NCBI GenBank assembly: GCA_963817385.1
Contig: CAWFOM010000002.1
Location: 64,001 to 128,000, forward strand
Length of the DNA stretch: 64,000 bases
Direction: 5' to 3'
DNA from: an uncultured delta proteobacterium
GTDB lineage: Bacteria; Desulfobacterota; Syntrophia; Syntrophales; UBA5619
A program made the translations under genes and the position numbers. The notes below the pieces were generated by a model, which saw only the letters and a program-made list of their open reading frames with translations, ran no database searches and was not told where the DNA came from. Of this stretch, positions 47,316 through 58,606 are shown one piece after another (position 1 is the stretch's first letter; the number at the start of each line of letters is the position of its first letter).

Positions 47316-49625
47316 ATGTCTGACCTCTTACCAGGGAAAAAGGTCTCCGCCGGGACTCGCCCCGCCCATCCGGTAATGATGGACGGATCGCACCGTCCCT
47401 TCGCGCATAGACGCCGCCCGCAGAGCGGGGCGATAGTCCTGGCGGCTCTTCTGATCTCACTCGCTTTTCCGGTCTTCTCCGGGACGGCGGCGGAGATCTC
47501 CCCCCGCCCCCGGATCGGCCTCGTCCTGAGCGGCGGAGGGGCACGCGGAGCGGCTCACATCGGCATCCTGAAAATTCTTGAAGAGCTCCGGATTCCCGTG
47601 GACGTCGTCGCCGGCACCAGTATGGGGGCGATCGTCGGGGGGTTCTACGCCTCGGGCATTTCGCCCGCCGAATTGGAGGCCATGGTCACGAGTATCGAGT
47701 GGAACGAGGCATTCCGGGACCGGCCGCCGCTGGAGGAGATCTCCTTCCGCCGGAAAGAGGACAGCGCTAACCATCTCATCAAGTTCGACGCCGGCGTCCG
47801 GGATGGCCAGCTCACCCTGCCGCTCGGCCTGATCCAGGGGCAGAATCTCAATTTTATTCTGAAATCGCGTTTGATCCACGCCGCCCTGCTGAACGATTTT
47901 GACCGGCTGCAGATCCCCTTTCGGGCGGTCGCCACCGACATCGAAACGGGGGAAGCGGTCGTCCTGGACAAAGGCGATCTGGCGACGGCGATGCGGGCCA
48001 GCATGTCGATCCCGGGCGTCTTCGCTCCGGTCGAGATGAACGGTCGGCTCCTCGTCGATGGCGGCATCGCCGACAACCTTCCCGTCGATGTGGCCAAACG
48101 GCTGGGGGCGGAAATCCTGATCGTCGTCAATATCGGCACCCTGAGACGACCCCGGGAGAAACTCACCTCCGCCATGATGATCACGACCCAGGTGATGACC
48201 ATTCTCATCCAGAAAAACACAGACGAACAGATTGCCACCCTCCGCGATCAGGACATCCTCCTCCAGCCCCCCCTCGGCGACATCGGCTCCAGCGATTTCG
48301 TCAGGGCGTCGGAAGCGATCCTGATCGGGGAGAAGGAAGCCCGCCGCATGATCACCCGTCTCGCCGGCCTTTCGCTTCCACCCGCAACATACCAACGCTG
48401 GCTCGCCTCGCAGCGGCGCCAGCCATATGCCCCACCCGTCATCACGGATATTGCCGTCAGCAATACCTCCCCGATCGCGGATGGCGTAGTCCGGGCGCAG
48501 ATACAGACAAAATCGGGAGAGCCGCTGAATCTGGAAACGTTGGAAGGAGACCTCAAGCGGATTTACAGCATCGACACCTTCGAGAAGGCCGATTTTCGGC
48601 TCTCGGAACGGGAAGGGAAAACCGGCCTCGTCATCGAGACAAAAGAAAAAACATGGGGTCCTTCCTATCTCCGGTTCGGCCTCGCCCTGGAGGACGACTT
48701 CCGGGGCTCCGCCACCTACAACATCTCGGCAAACCTGACCACCACGGCAATCAATCGCCTCGGTGCGGAATGGGAGAATCACCTCCAGATCGGTGATACG
48801 CCCCGTTATTATTCGGAGTTCTACCAGCCGATCGACGAGGCGCTCCGTTACTTCATCGCACCGCAGATCGAATACAGAGCATGGAACATCAACAATTTCT
48901 CCGATGGGACCCTGCTCGCCCAGTATCGCGCCTCCGCGTACGAGGTCGGCCTCGATGTCGGCCGGCAATTCGAAAACTGGGGGCAGTTCCGGCTTGGCAT
49001 CCGGCGCGGTCGCGGCACCGTCGGGGTGCGCGTCGGTTCTCCGCTGCCGGAGAGCACATTCAACAGTGGCGGGGTCTTTACCTCGTTTTCCTACAACCGA
49101 CTCGACAACTTCAACTTTCCCCGCCGCGGGACGGCCGTAGACGTGGCCTGGATGATGCATCGAACGGACCTGGGATCCGATTTTTCGGGTAACGGCCTGA
49201 CGGTAAACTGGTTGACGGCGAAGAGCTGGAGCCGGCACACGCTTCTGACGGCGCTCACCATCCAGAGCGCCCTGGACGGCGACAATCCCCTCCAGGACAG
49301 CTACCCCCTCGGCGGATTTCTCAACCTCTCCGGGTACGCACCGGATGAACTCTACGGGCAGCATACGGGCATCGTCCGGCTGATCTACTTCTATCAGCTC
49401 GGCAGCAGCGGCCTCGGGGAATTCCGGATGCCCCTTTATGCCGGAGGCTCGCTGGAGGCGGGCAACGCCTGGGCAACCCGGAGCGACATCTCCGGCAGTT
49501 CGCTGCAGGCTGCAGGCTCCTTTTTCGTCGGTGCGGAGACCTATCTCGGACCGGTCTACCTCGCCTACGGCCAGGCGGAGGGTGGACACCACTCCGTCTA
49601 TCTTTACGTAGGACACAAGTTCTGA
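47316..49625 (+). CDS. Patatin-like phospholipase + POTRA + Omp85 barrel (PlpD / type Vd-like); start uncertain
   Basis: LSGGGARG, GTSMG, ASMSIPG, DGG, POTRA-like segment, LGGFLNLSGY, C-terminal F. Confidence 0.9.
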   Translation: MSDLLPGKKVSAGTRPAHPVMMDGSHRPFAHRRRPQSGAIVLAALLISLAFPVFSGTAAEISPRPRIGLVLSGGGARGAAHIGILKILEELRIPVDVVAGTSMGAIVGGFYASGISPAELEAMVTSIEWNEAFRDRPPLEEISFRRKEDSANHLIKFDAGVRDGQLTLPLGLIQGQNLNFILKSRLIHAALLNDFDRLQIPFRAVATDIETGEAVVLDKGDLATAMRASMSIPGVFAPVEMNGRLLVDGGIADNLPVDVAKRLGAEILIVVNIGTLRRPREKLTSAMMITTQVMTILIQKNTDEQIATLRDQDILLQPPLGDIGSSDFVRASEAILIGEKEARRMITRLAGLSLPPATYQRWLASQRRQPYAPPVITDIAVSNTSPIADGVVRAQIQTKSGEPLNLETLEGDLKRIYSIDTFEKADFRLSEREGKTGLVIETKEKTWGPSYLRFGLALEDDFRGSATYNISANLTTTAINRLGAEWENHLQIGDTPRYYSEFYQPIDEALRYFIAPQIEYRAWNINNFSDGTLLAQYRASAYEVGLDVGRQFENWGQFRLGIRRGRGTVGVRVGSPLPESTFNSGGVFTSFSYNRLDNFNFPRRGTAVDVAWMMHRTDLGSDFSGNGLTVNWLTAKSWSRHTLLTALTIQSALDGDNPLQDSYPLGGFLNLSGYAPDELYGQHTGIVRLIYFYQLGSSGLGEFRMPLYAGGSLEAGNAWATRSDISGSSLQAAGSFFVGAETYLGPVYLAYGQAEGGHHSVYLYVGHKF

Positions 49626-49704
49626 AGGGCGCAACGCTGCAATACGCCGGAATAACGGTATCGCCGACAAAGGGAATGCATTCCCCTTGTCGGCGGGAGC
49701 AGAT

Positions 49705-50679
49705 TTACGTCGACCGGATCTCCTGGCGCATGAAGACCGCGTAGCAGATCCCGAAACAGACAAAGGTGATCGCGATGAGCGATATCAGGAAGGGCGCGAC
49801 GATCACGACGCTCTGGAGGAGGGGAAGCGGATTCTGGAAGCGGGAGAGCGACAGCCGCTCCATCGGCCCCATCAGCATGAAGGAGCGGGGCGTCTTCCGG
49901 AGCGGGTCGAGGATCGTGGAGGTCGCGTCCCCATAGAGCGTCATCGGTGAGAGGAGCGAGGCGACCCGCTGGATCTCATCGTTTTTCAGGAAGGCGTTCG
50001 TCGCCTCCGCCACGTCGGCCGTCTGGTTCATCGGGGCGATTGCATCCGCGAGGAAGCTTCCGCCGAGCCCGATGAAAAAGGAGAGGCAGATCCAGGCGGC
50101 GAGCGACGCCAGGGCCGAGGTGGCCGTGCTCCTGAACACCACCGAGAAGAGGATCGCCATCCCCAGCCAGAAGGATATGTACACGATGCTCAGGACGAGG
50201 TAGATGGCCAACCGCCACACCTCATCCGCGCCGGGAACCACGCCGATCAGACGGATGCCGAGACCTGCGATGATCAGGACGAGCGACACCATGACGATCG
50301 TGATCATCGTCACGCCGGCCAGGAACTTCGCGTTGATGATCGCATCCCGGTAGATCGGTTGGGAGACCAGCTTGCTCAGGGTCCGGCCCGTCCGCTCCCG
50401 GTTCACCGCGTCGAAACCGAGGATGATCCCGATAAGCGGTCCCAGCAGGCCGATGAACTGCGTGAATGAGAACAGCTTCCCCGTCGAGGTGAACAGAAGC
50501 AGAAAGATGAAATTGGGCTTGGCCACCCCCCTGAGCTCCTCCTGCATGGACATGCCGACCATCGACGCGATGATGACCCCGATCATGACGATCAGGGCTG
50601 CGATGAGGAGGAACCGGATGCTGCTGAAGTGGTCCTCCATCTCCTTCCGGTATATGGTGAAGATCCCGTGCACCGTCAT
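49705..50679 (-). CDS. ABC-2/NosY-type permease
   Basis: LGFDAVNRERTGRTL, QPIYRDAIINAKF, FMRQEIR. Confidence 0.88.
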   Translation of the reverse strand: MTVHGIFTIYRKEMEDHFSSIRFLLIAALIVMIGVIIASMVGMSMQEELRGVAKPNFIFLLLFTSTGKLFSFTQFIGLLGPLIGIILGFDAVNRERTGRTLSKLVSQPIYRDAIINAKFLAGVTMITIVMVSLVLIIAGLGIRLIGVVPGADEVWRLAIYLVLSIVYISFWLGMAILFSVVFRSTATSALASLAAWICLSFFIGLGGSFLADAIAPMNQTADVAEATNAFLKNDEIQRVASLLSPMTLYGDATSTILDPLRKTPRSFMLMGPMERLSLSRFQNPLPLLQSVVIVAPFLISLIAITFVCFGICYAVFMRQEIRST

Positions 50680-51431
50680 CCCTCCTTGAAATATTTCATA
50701 TAGATCTCTTCGAGGGTGTAGGTCTCCCCCTCTTCCAGCCCCAACCCCTGCTTCGCAAGCTCCGCGAGGGGTCCGGCGGCAACGAGTTTCCCCCGGATCA
50801 TGATCCCGATCCGGTCGCTGATCCGCTGGACCTGATCGAGGAGGTGGGAGGAGAAGAAGATCGTCATCTGCCGCTCCCGGCTCATGGCCTGGATCAGGTC
50901 GAGCATCCGGTTCGTCCCGTCGGGATCGAGACCGATCGTCGGCTCGTCGAGGAAGATCACCTTGGGCTCCTTGACCAGGACCTCGGCGATCCCGAGACGC
51001 TGCCTCATCCCTTTGGAATAGGAGCCCACCTTCTTCTCCGCCTCCTTGGCCAGGTCGACCTCGTCGAGGAGCGTATCGATCCGCGCCTCGGAGACCCGGT
51101 CGGGAATCCGGTTCAGACGGGCGATGTACCGGAGGTTCTGCCGCGCATCCATATCCTCATAGAAGCCGACATTCTCCGGCAGGTAGCCGATGATCTCCTT
51201 GACCTTCAGGGGGTCGCGGGCCGGGTCGAAGCCGCAGACCCGGACCGTCCCGGATGTCGGCTCGGTGAGCCCCAGGAGCATCAGCATCGTCGTCGTTTTA
51301 CCTGCGCCGTTCGGCCCCAGGAAGCCGAAGATCTCCCCTGCCGCCACATCGAGGCTCAGGCGGTCTACCGCCGTCTGCGCCCCGTAGCGCTTGGTCAGCT
51401 CTTCCATCCGGATAACAATCTCTCGTTCCAC
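50676..51431 (-). CDS. ABC transporter ATP-binding protein
   Basis: GPNGAGKT, YSKGMRQR, FLDEPT. Confidence 0.95.
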   Translation of the reverse strand: MEREIVIRMEELTKRYGAQTAVDRLSLDVAAGEIFGFLGPNGAGKTTTMLMLLGLTEPTSGTVRVCGFDPARDPLKVKEIIGYLPENVGFYEDMDARQNLRYIARLNRIPDRVSEARIDTLLDEVDLAKEAEKKVGSYSKGMRQRLGIAEVLVKEPKVIFLDEPTIGLDPDGTNRMLDLIQAMSRERQMTIFFSSHLLDQVQRISDRIGIMIRGKLVAAGPLAELAKQGLGLEEGETYTLEEIYMKYFKEG

Positions 51432-51432
51432 C

Positions 51433-52648
51433 TCACCGTCTCCCCATCTTCACGAAAAGGACGCTCAGCCCCGCGATCACCAGGAGGATGATCCCGATCC
51501 CGATCCACCCCCAGGCCGAAGAGGCCTTTACCGTAACCCTCATCTCCACCGTCTTGTCCGACTTTTCTCCGGTCGTCATGATCCCCACGGAGTAGTCCCC
51601 GACAAGGGACTGGCGGCCGGGCGTGATCGTCACCTCGATCTGCTTCATCTCGCCGGGCGCGAGGGCATCGATCTTCTCGGGCTTGAACGTCGTCTCCCAG
51701 TTCTCCGGCTTGAAGGAGGAGAAGGTGATGTTCCGGTTCACGGCGGAGCCGTTGTTTCTCACAAAGAGGGAGAAGGTGACGGGCTTCCCGCCGAACGCCT
51801 CCAGGGAGAGGATCCCGTTCGGCGTGCCGGCGTCCAGACGGTATGTCCCGGTGAGGTTCACCGTGAGTTTCACCTCGGCTTTGCTCTCGCCGGAGCTGAT
51901 CCGGACGAGGATCGGGTATTCACCGGAGGCGGCGTTTTGCATGGGGGTGACCTCCACGGCCACGGTCTGGCTCTGCCCCTCCTTCACCCGGATGCTGGAG
52001 ATCTGCTTCTGCTCGTAGGCCGGCTTGAAATTGATCTCCCATTTCTCCGGGCCGGTCGCGGCGAGATTGAAGGTGCGCTCCAGGTCACCCTTGTTCATCA
52101 CTTCGAGCGAAAATTCGAACTTGGAGTCGGTCTGGCCGCGCAGGACCGGGTAGGCGGCGTTGATCTGGATGTTGTCGGCGCCGACCGTCCGCTCCTGGAC
52201 GTTCACGGTCAGGGTATGGTTGGAGGTCAGCTTGCCGTCGGCGGTCTTCGCCTCGAACTGGAAGACGTATTGCCCCGGACCTACTCCCTTGGCAGGCTCC
52301 AACATCAGCGCGAGGGTTCTTGGCCTTGCCGTTGGGAACGTACATGCCGGTAACCTGGTAACGGGCGCCCTTCAGCGTCGCCTTCCAATCTTTGGCAACT
52401 GAGGTGATCCGGACATCGATGTTCTCATCGGCTCGCCCCTTGTTCTCCAGAATCAGGTCCATCTGGACGGTCTCCCCCCGGGGGACCACAACGCCTGAAT
52501 AATCGGTGTAAAGTGCGATACCCCGCTCCGGCCGGGTATCTTTCTTATCCGCCTCCTGTGCCGTGATCAGCGCCGGCGCGACCCCCAGCAGGATGATCAA
52601 AATACCTGCACCAACTAATGATTTTCGTATACGATTCACGCGACCCAT
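51433..52648 (-). CDS. Exported NEW3/NPCBM-associated Ig-like repeat protein with C-terminal TM; frameshift near 52320
   Basis: Signal peptide in ORF 52085..52648. Repeated beta-sandwich units (W..., G.Y...) and WGWIGIGII...MGRR in ORF 51433..52305. TTGACA-N17-TATGTT upstream (52716-52744). Confidence 0.8.
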
Positions 52649-52794
52649 GGTGACCTCCTCAATATTCTCTCAGACTTACTGTCGTTACGACCGGACCGGA
52701 TGGTAAAGTGCGCATAACATAATGGCAGAGCCGCCTTCTGTCAAGGAGAAGTATCGCCGGAAAAGAAGGGGCGTCAAAATCCCCTTCCTCTATG

Positions 52795-52839
52795 ACAAAA
52801 CGCCCTGCCGGTTTTTACAAAACCGGCAGGGCGTTTTGT
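52795..52839. terminator. 21-bp hairpin / terminator downstream of the SDR gene
   Basis: ACAAAACGCCCTGCCGGTTTT-TAC-AAAACCGGCAGGGCGTTTTGT. Confidence 0.75.
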
Positions 52840-52902
52840 TTTTCAGATTGACGGCCCGGTGAGCGACGAGTGACAGCTCTTCCGGCCCGGACGGTCGGAC
52901 GC

Positions 52903-53682
52903 TTAAAAGGTCCCGGGATATTTGCCGCCGTCGATCAGGAGGTTCTGCCCGGTGATGAAAGCGGCCTGGACGCTGCAAAGATAGGCGCAGTATTCGCCCA
53001 ACTCGGCCGGATCACCAAACCTGCCCGCCGCGACCTGGCCGATCCGGATGGCCCGCATCTCCTCGTAGGTCCGGTTCTGGACCTTCGCCATGGCCTGCGT
53101 GTTGGATTTGTGGCGCTCGGTATCGAAATCGCCGGGCAGCAGGTTGTTGACGGTTACGTTGTGTTTGGCCACCTCACGCGCGACCCCGGCAACGAAGCCG
53201 GTAAGGCCGGAGCGGGCGCCGTTTGAGAGCCCGAGGATGCTGATCGGGGCTTTCACCGCAGACGAGGTGATGTTCACGATGCGCCCGAACTTGCGGGCGA
53301 TCATCCCGTCCACCGTGTCCTTGATCATGAATATGGCCCCCAGCATGTTGCCGTTGAGCGCCGCGATCCAGGCGGCGCGATCCCAATCGCGGAAGTTGCC
53401 GCTGGGCGGTCCGCCCGAGTTGTTGACCACGATGTCGGGCGCCGGACAGGCCTTGAGCACCGCCGCCCGTCCCTCGTCGGTGGTGATGTCTACGGCCACC
53501 GGCGTCACCTTCACGCCGGTCGCGGAGCGGATCTCCTCGGCCGCGGCTTCGATGTTGGCTCGCGTGCGCGCCACGATGGTCACGTCAACGCCCTCCCGGG
53601 CCAGCGACATGGCGCACGCTTTTCCCAGTCCCGCGCTCGCTCCTCCGATGATGGCTTTTTTCCCGGCAATCCCAAAATCCAT
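52903..53682 (-). CDS. SDR family oxidoreductase (FabG-like atypical subgroup)
   Basis: GASAGLG, NNSGGPP, LSNGARSGL (S-x-x-x-R in place of YxxxK), ITGQNLLIDGG. Confidence 0.92.
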   Translation of the reverse strand: MDFGIAGKKAIIGGASAGLGKACAMSLAREGVDVTIVARTRANIEAAAEEIRSATGVKVTPVAVDITTDEGRAAVLKACPAPDIVVNNSGGPPSGNFRDWDRAAWIAALNGNMLGAIFMIKDTVDGMIARKFGRIVNITSSAVKAPISILGLSNGARSGLTGFVAGVAREVAKHNVTVNNLLPGDFDTERHKSNTQAMAKVQNRTYEEMRAIRIGQVAAGRFGDPAELGEYCAYLCSVQAAFITGQNLLIDGGKYPGTF

Positions 53683-53756
53683 ACGTTTCTCTCCTTCCCC
53701 GCAATGCCTGGCGGCTGTTTATTTGTTCTACACTTCCCCGGCTTGTCGATACACGG

Positions 53757-54411
53757 TTAAGTGTTCTGCGCCATATATTTCTGCAATGCCTCCATCGTAC
53801 GCTCCTTTTGTTCTTTGATCAGATGGTCGGCCTGATCCTGATCCTTCAACGTGAGCACCTCAATGATCTTTTTGTGCTCCTCCACAGCGGCGAGGGCTCG
53901 CTCGGGCACATACGAGAAGACACTCGGCCAGCGTTCGAAGGTATCCCAAAGATCGCAGATCATCTTATACAGGCGATGGAAAGGCGCCGCCTTGTAGATT
54001 CTCAGGTGAAACTCCTTATTCAGGCCGCCGAGATTTTCATATTTGTTCTGCTGTATCGCAATTTCCATTTCGTCGTTCTTTTTGTTCAGAAACTCGATAT
54101 CCTTATCGGTGATATGGGGACTTGCCAGCCTCGCGGCGAGCGCCTCCAACTCGCTCCGGATGAGGTAAATTTCCACAAGTTCATGCTCATCAATCTTCGT
54201 AACAATTGCACCCGTGTGGGGGGTAAAATAGCACATACCCATCGCTTTCCAGCCTTCTTATCGCTTCCCGGACCGGCGTCTCGCTCAAGCCGAATGATTT
54301 TGCAAGATCCGCCATGACGATCTTTTGGCCGGGCTTCAGCTTTCCTTTTATGATCGCCTGTCGCAATTTCTTATAGACGGCCACATTTTTTGTTTTAGAG
54401 GCAATCGGCAT
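53757..54411 (-). CDS. GntR (FCD) family transcriptional regulator; frameshift near 54225
   Basis: HTH LKPGQKI...SETPVREAIRRLESDG in ORF 54190..54432. FCD EIYLIRSELE, NKEFH, EEHKKII in ORF 53757..54242. Confidence 0.88.
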
Positions 54412-54439
54412 AGCGGGCAGCACCCTTTTCAAGTGTCTA

Positions 54440-54484
54440 TTCTATAGGATTTCAGCCTATATCCTATAGGATTATAGAAGTCAA
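54440..54484. promoter_or_regulatory. Putative GntR operator and promoter
   Basis: Palindrome ATCCTATAGGAT (54461-54472) and near-copy TTCTATAGGAT (54440-54450), overlapping minus-strand TTGACT-N17-TATAGG. Confidence 0.6.
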
Positions 54485-54675
54485 TGCCTTTTCATTTCGT
54501 TTTCTGAATACCATCATCATTTATTTGATATAATTTACCTTTTCATTTATCTTACACCACCTTCCGGTGACTCTCCAACCGCAATACATGACAAAATATT
54601 TCTTGACAAGGAGGATATCTACTGTTAGATCTGCAACCCGATGTTCTTACCAAAATCCACTCTTAGAGGTGTCAG

Positions 54676-55506
54676 ATGCCAGCGGGGAAAACGGTAATTG
54701 AAGCCAAGGATGTTTTTCGCGCATTCATCGCCAGGGGGGACGGGGGGAAACGATATCCCATTCTCGCCCTGCAGGATGCGAACCTCGCAATCGAGGAAGG
54801 CGAGTTTGTCAGTTTCGTCGGTCCATCCGGCTGCGGGAAATCCACGCTCCTCAACATGGTCGCGGGCATTTTCCAGCCCACGGCGGGCGAAGTGCGCTAC
54901 AAAGGCAAACCTGTAACCGGAATCAATACCGACGTCGGATACATGACCCAGGATGACAACCTTCTCCCCTGGCGCACGCTTCGTGACAATGTCGAAGTGG
55001 CGCTGGAGTTTCAGGGCATGCCGACCGAAGAGCGGCACGAACGGGCGGCGGAGTATATCGCCAAGGTGGGCCTCTGCGGTTTCGAGAACCATTTTCCGCA
55101 CGAGCTCTCGGGGGGAATGCGCAAGCGGTGCGCGCTGGTGCGAACCCTGATCTATGAGCCGGACATCATCCTGATGGACGAGCCGTTCGGGCCTCTGGAC
55201 GCCCAGACGCGGGTCATCCTCCAGGATGAACTCCTCAAGCTCTGGGATGGCACCGGCAAGACGATCGTCTTCGTGACACACGACCTGGTGGAGGCGATCG
55301 CGCTTTCCGACCGGATCGTCCTGTTCAGCCGGGCGCCGGGGAGGATCAAGCAGGTGTACAAGGTACCGCTGAAACGTCCCCGCGATGTATTTCACATCCA
55401 TTCCGAACCGGCGTTTCCCGAGTTCTTCGACCGGCTATGGCGCGACCTGAAGGAAGAGATTACCGAAGTGGAATTGAAAGGTAATACGAAATTGAGGACG
55501 AAATAA
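54676..55506 (+). CDS. NitT/TauT (SsuB-like) ABC ATP-binding protein
   Basis: GPSGCGKS, LLPWRT, LSGGMRKR, MDEPFG. Confidence 0.93.
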   Translation: MPAGKTVIEAKDVFRAFIARGDGGKRYPILALQDANLAIEEGEFVSFVGPSGCGKSTLLNMVAGIFQPTAGEVRYKGKPVTGINTDVGYMTQDDNLLPWRTLRDNVEVALEFQGMPTEERHERAAEYIAKVGLCGFENHFPHELSGGMRKRCALVRTLIYEPDIILMDEPFGPLDAQTRVILQDELLKLWDGTGKTIVFVTHDLVEAIALSDRIVLFSRAPGRIKQVYKVPLKRPRDVFHIHSEPAFPEFFDRLWRDLKEEITEVELKGNTKLRTK

Positions 55507-56387
55507 TGGCATACACGTGCGAAAGTCAGACGATGAAGGGTGCGGAGGAGGGAAGCCGAGGTCAGCAGATCCTCCGCGAAACGGAGATCAAGGACAACGC
55601 GCTCGAGCGGAAGCACAACCGCGACACGCGGGTTGGGCAGGTGCTCCTGGGGGTTGTGCTGTTCTGCCTCTGGGAATTCGGCTCCGGCGTCATCGTTGAC
55701 CAGTTCTTTGTCAGCAAGCCCAGCAAGATTCTGGAGTCCATCTGGGGCATGCTCGTCAAGGAAGAGCTTCTCTACCACATGCAGTTCACGGTCACCGAAG
55801 CGCTGGTCGGCTATGCCATCGGCGCCGGCGCCGGGCTCTTGTCGGGCTTCCTCCTCGCCCGGATCGACCTGGTTTACCGCATCGTTCAGCCGTTCATCAT
55901 CGGCTTTTACGGAATCCCCCGGATCGCCCTGGCGCCGCTGTTCATTCTCTGGTTCGGAATCGGAATAAGCTCGAAGATAGCGGTGGCGGCGGTCATGGTA
56001 TTCTTCATCGTGCTGATCAACACGATCGCCGGCATCCGCTCCGTCCCGGTGCAACTCCTGCAGGTGACAAAAGTGATGGGCGCATCCGAATGGGATCTCA
56101 ACTGGAAGGTCATCTTTCCGTCCGCGACCCCGTTCATCATCGCCGGCCTGCAGATTGCGGTGCCCCAGGCGATGATCGGGGCCATCGTCGGCGAGTTCAT
56201 CTCCAGTAACCGGGGCGTCGGACATCTGATCAACAAGGCGTCCGGCTGGCTCGATACCCCCGGTCTTTTTGCCGGGATCTTTGCACTGATGATCGTGGTG
56301 CTGCTGATGAACTACGGGGTCACCGTGCTCGGCAATCGGCTAATGCGTTGGAACCCGAAGTACGGAAACATGCGGGAACCGGTGTAA
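55506..56387 (+). CDS. NitT/TauT ABC permease
   Basis: IPRIALAPLFILWFGIG, GAIVGEF, GVGHLI. Confidence 0.92.
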   Translation: MAYTCESQTMKGAEEGSRGQQILRETEIKDNALERKHNRDTRVGQVLLGVVLFCLWEFGSGVIVDQFFVSKPSKILESIWGMLVKEELLYHMQFTVTEALVGYAIGAGAGLLSGFLLARIDLVYRIVQPFIIGFYGIPRIALAPLFILWFGIGISSKIAVAAVMVFFIVLINTIAGIRSVPVQLLQVTKVMGASEWDLNWKVIFPSATPFIIAGLQIAVPQAMIGAIVGEFISSNRGVGHLINKASGWLDTPGLFAGIFALMIVVLLMNYGVTVLGNRLMRWNPKYGNMREPV

Positions 56388-56423
56388 GTGTAACAAACGC
56401 TTTTATCAAGGAAGGGGAACGGT

Positions 56424-57452
56424 ATGGAACTAAACGGAAAATGGCGGTTGGGGATCAGTTTCCTGGTCATCGGAATGCTGATCGGAGTTTCGGACATGAG
56501 CGCCTATGCGCAAGGGCAGAAGATTAAGGTTCGCGAAGCGCACACGGAAACGCTGTTCATGGCGCCCGTGTACATCGCGGAAGCAGCCGGGTATATGGCC
56601 GAAGAAGGGATCGATCTGGAACTGACCGAGGTGGACAGCGGGTCGCTGGCGATCGCGGCCCTCGTCTCCGGCGGCGTTCAGTTCGTGGACGCCGATCCGT
56701 TCATGGCGGTCCAGCTTGCCAAACAGGACAAGTCGATCCAGTTCATCTATAACCTGACCAAGCGGGTCACCCTCGACATGGTGATATCCAAGGAGATGAT
56801 CGCCGCGAAGAAGCTCAGCCGGAGCATGCCGATCGCCCAGCGGTTCGCGGCCCTGAAGGGCATGAAGCTCGGGATCACCAAACCGGGTGCGGCGACCGAC
56901 GTCTACATGCGCTACTACCTGAAAAGGGCCGGGATCGATTCGGAGCGGGATGTGCAGATCGTGACGGCGGGCGGCGGGTCGGCCCTGCTGGCGGGCATGA
57001 AAACCAAGCAGATCGATGCATTCCACCTCTCCGCCCCGACGCCGTATCTCGCGCAGCGCGAAGGGTTCGGCGAGGTGATCATCAAGGCTTCGGCGGGCGA
57101 CGTACCGGAACTGGACAACTTCCTCTACACGGGGGTCGCCGTCAGCAAGGAGTACGCCGAGAAGAACCCCGATGTGGTCAGGCGGTGGGCCAAGGCGGTG
57201 ACCAAGGCCAATGTCCTGATGCGGAAGGACGAGGCCGCGTCGCTCAAGTACCTGAAAAAGTACTTCCCCCGCATGCCGGATGACGTGATGGCCCTCGCGA
57301 TGAAAGAGATCATGCCGGCCCTCTCCGCGGACGGGACGATGAACGAGCAGATGATGCAGAAGCACCTCGACTTCCTCGAGGACACCAAGCAAGTCGACTC
57401 GACGCCTTCCGGCAAGGAAGGGGTGCTCTGGACGAACGCCTACCTGAAGTAA
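56424..57452 (+). CDS. SsuA/THI5-like ABC substrate-binding protein
   Basis: Signal peptide, PVYIAEAAGY..EEGID, LKGMKLGIT.PGAATD, WTNAY. Confidence 0.9.
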   Translation: MELNGKWRLGISFLVIGMLIGVSDMSAYAQGQKIKVREAHTETLFMAPVYIAEAAGYMAEEGIDLELTEVDSGSLAIAALVSGGVQFVDADPFMAVQLAKQDKSIQFIYNLTKRVTLDMVISKEMIAAKKLSRSMPIAQRFAALKGMKLGITKPGAATDVYMRYYLKRAGIDSERDVQIVTAGGGSALLAGMKTKQIDAFHLSAPTPYLAQREGFGEVIIKASAGDVPELDNFLYTGVAVSKEYAEKNPDVVRRWAKAVTKANVLMRKDEAASLKYLKKYFPRMPDDVMALAMKEIMPALSADGTMNEQMMQKHLDFLEDTKQVDSTPSGKEGVLWTNAYLK

Positions 57453-57477
57453 CCGGGCATTCTCGTAGGTGAAAACA

Positions 57478-57508
57478 AAAGCGCCGGGGGAAACACCCCC
57501 GGCGCTTT
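57478..57508 (+). terminator. Hairpin after the substrate-binding protein gene
   Basis: AAAGCGCCGGGGG-AAACA-CCCCCGGCGCTTT. Confidence 0.6.
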
Positions 57509-57522
57509 GTCAGGAGGAGAAC

Positions 57523-58513
57523 ATGCAGCAACGCAAACTCGGGACAAACGGACCTCTCGTCTCGGCGCAAGGTCTGGGGTGCATGGGCATGTCGATCAGC
57601 TACGGCGAGCCCAACGACGAAGAATCGATCGCAACCATTCACCGTGCGCTGGAGCTTGGCGTTAATTTTATTGTAACCTCCGACGCTTACGGAGGCGGGG
57701 TGAATGAAGAACTGGTGGGTCGCGCCTTGAAAGGCAAGCGCAGCGCCGTATTGATCGGGACGAAATTCGGCAATCTCCGGCGTGCCGGAGGCACCACGTC
57801 CGGCTTGACCGGCGGCCATCCCGATTATGTGCCGCAGGCATGCGATGCATCGCTCAGACGCCTCGGTGTCGATGTGATTGATGTATACGGCCTGCACCGG
57901 GTCGATCCGACGGTTCCGATCGAAGATACCGTCGGCGCGATGAAACGACTCGTCGAACAGGGGAAGGTGCGTTATCTCGCCCTGTCGGAAGCGGGCCCTC
58001 AGACGATACGCCGTGCACAAAAAGTGCATCCGATCGCCGCGCTCGAAACCGAATATTCGCTGTGGAGCCGCGACGCCGAAAACGGCGTTCTGCCGACATG
58101 CCGGGAACTCGGCATCGGTTATATGGCATATTCCCCGCTCGGCCGCGGCTTCCTGACCGCCACCATCAAGAATCTGGACACGCTGTTATCGAAAGACCGG
58201 CGGCACGACCACCCGCGTTTCAATCCGGACAATTTCAAGCGCAACGTACGGACTGCTCGCCCCGATCGAAAAGATCGCATCGGATAGAAAGTGCACGCCG
58301 GCGCAAGTGGCGCTGGCCTGGTTGATGGCGCAGGGCAACGACATCGTGCCGATCCCCGGCACCAAGCACCGCAGCTATCTCGAACAAAATGTCGCAGCCA
58401 TCGACATCAGCCTCTCGCGTGACGAGATCGATACGTTAACCAAAGCTTTTCCGATCGGCATCGCCGCGGGAACCCGCTATCCGGCAAAACAGATGGAAAC
58501 GGTGGGCATATAA
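57523..58513 (+). CDS. Aldo/keto reductase; frameshift near 58250
   Basis: [42 protein letters not shown] and PIPGTK in the second frame. Confidence 0.9.
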
Positions 58514-58606
58514 GATATCAACATAGATGGCGGGAGACGCTTCGGCAAAAACTCCTTGACAGGCAAAACAGTTCTTCGTATTTCTCTTTAAAAAAAGGAG
58601 GCATTC

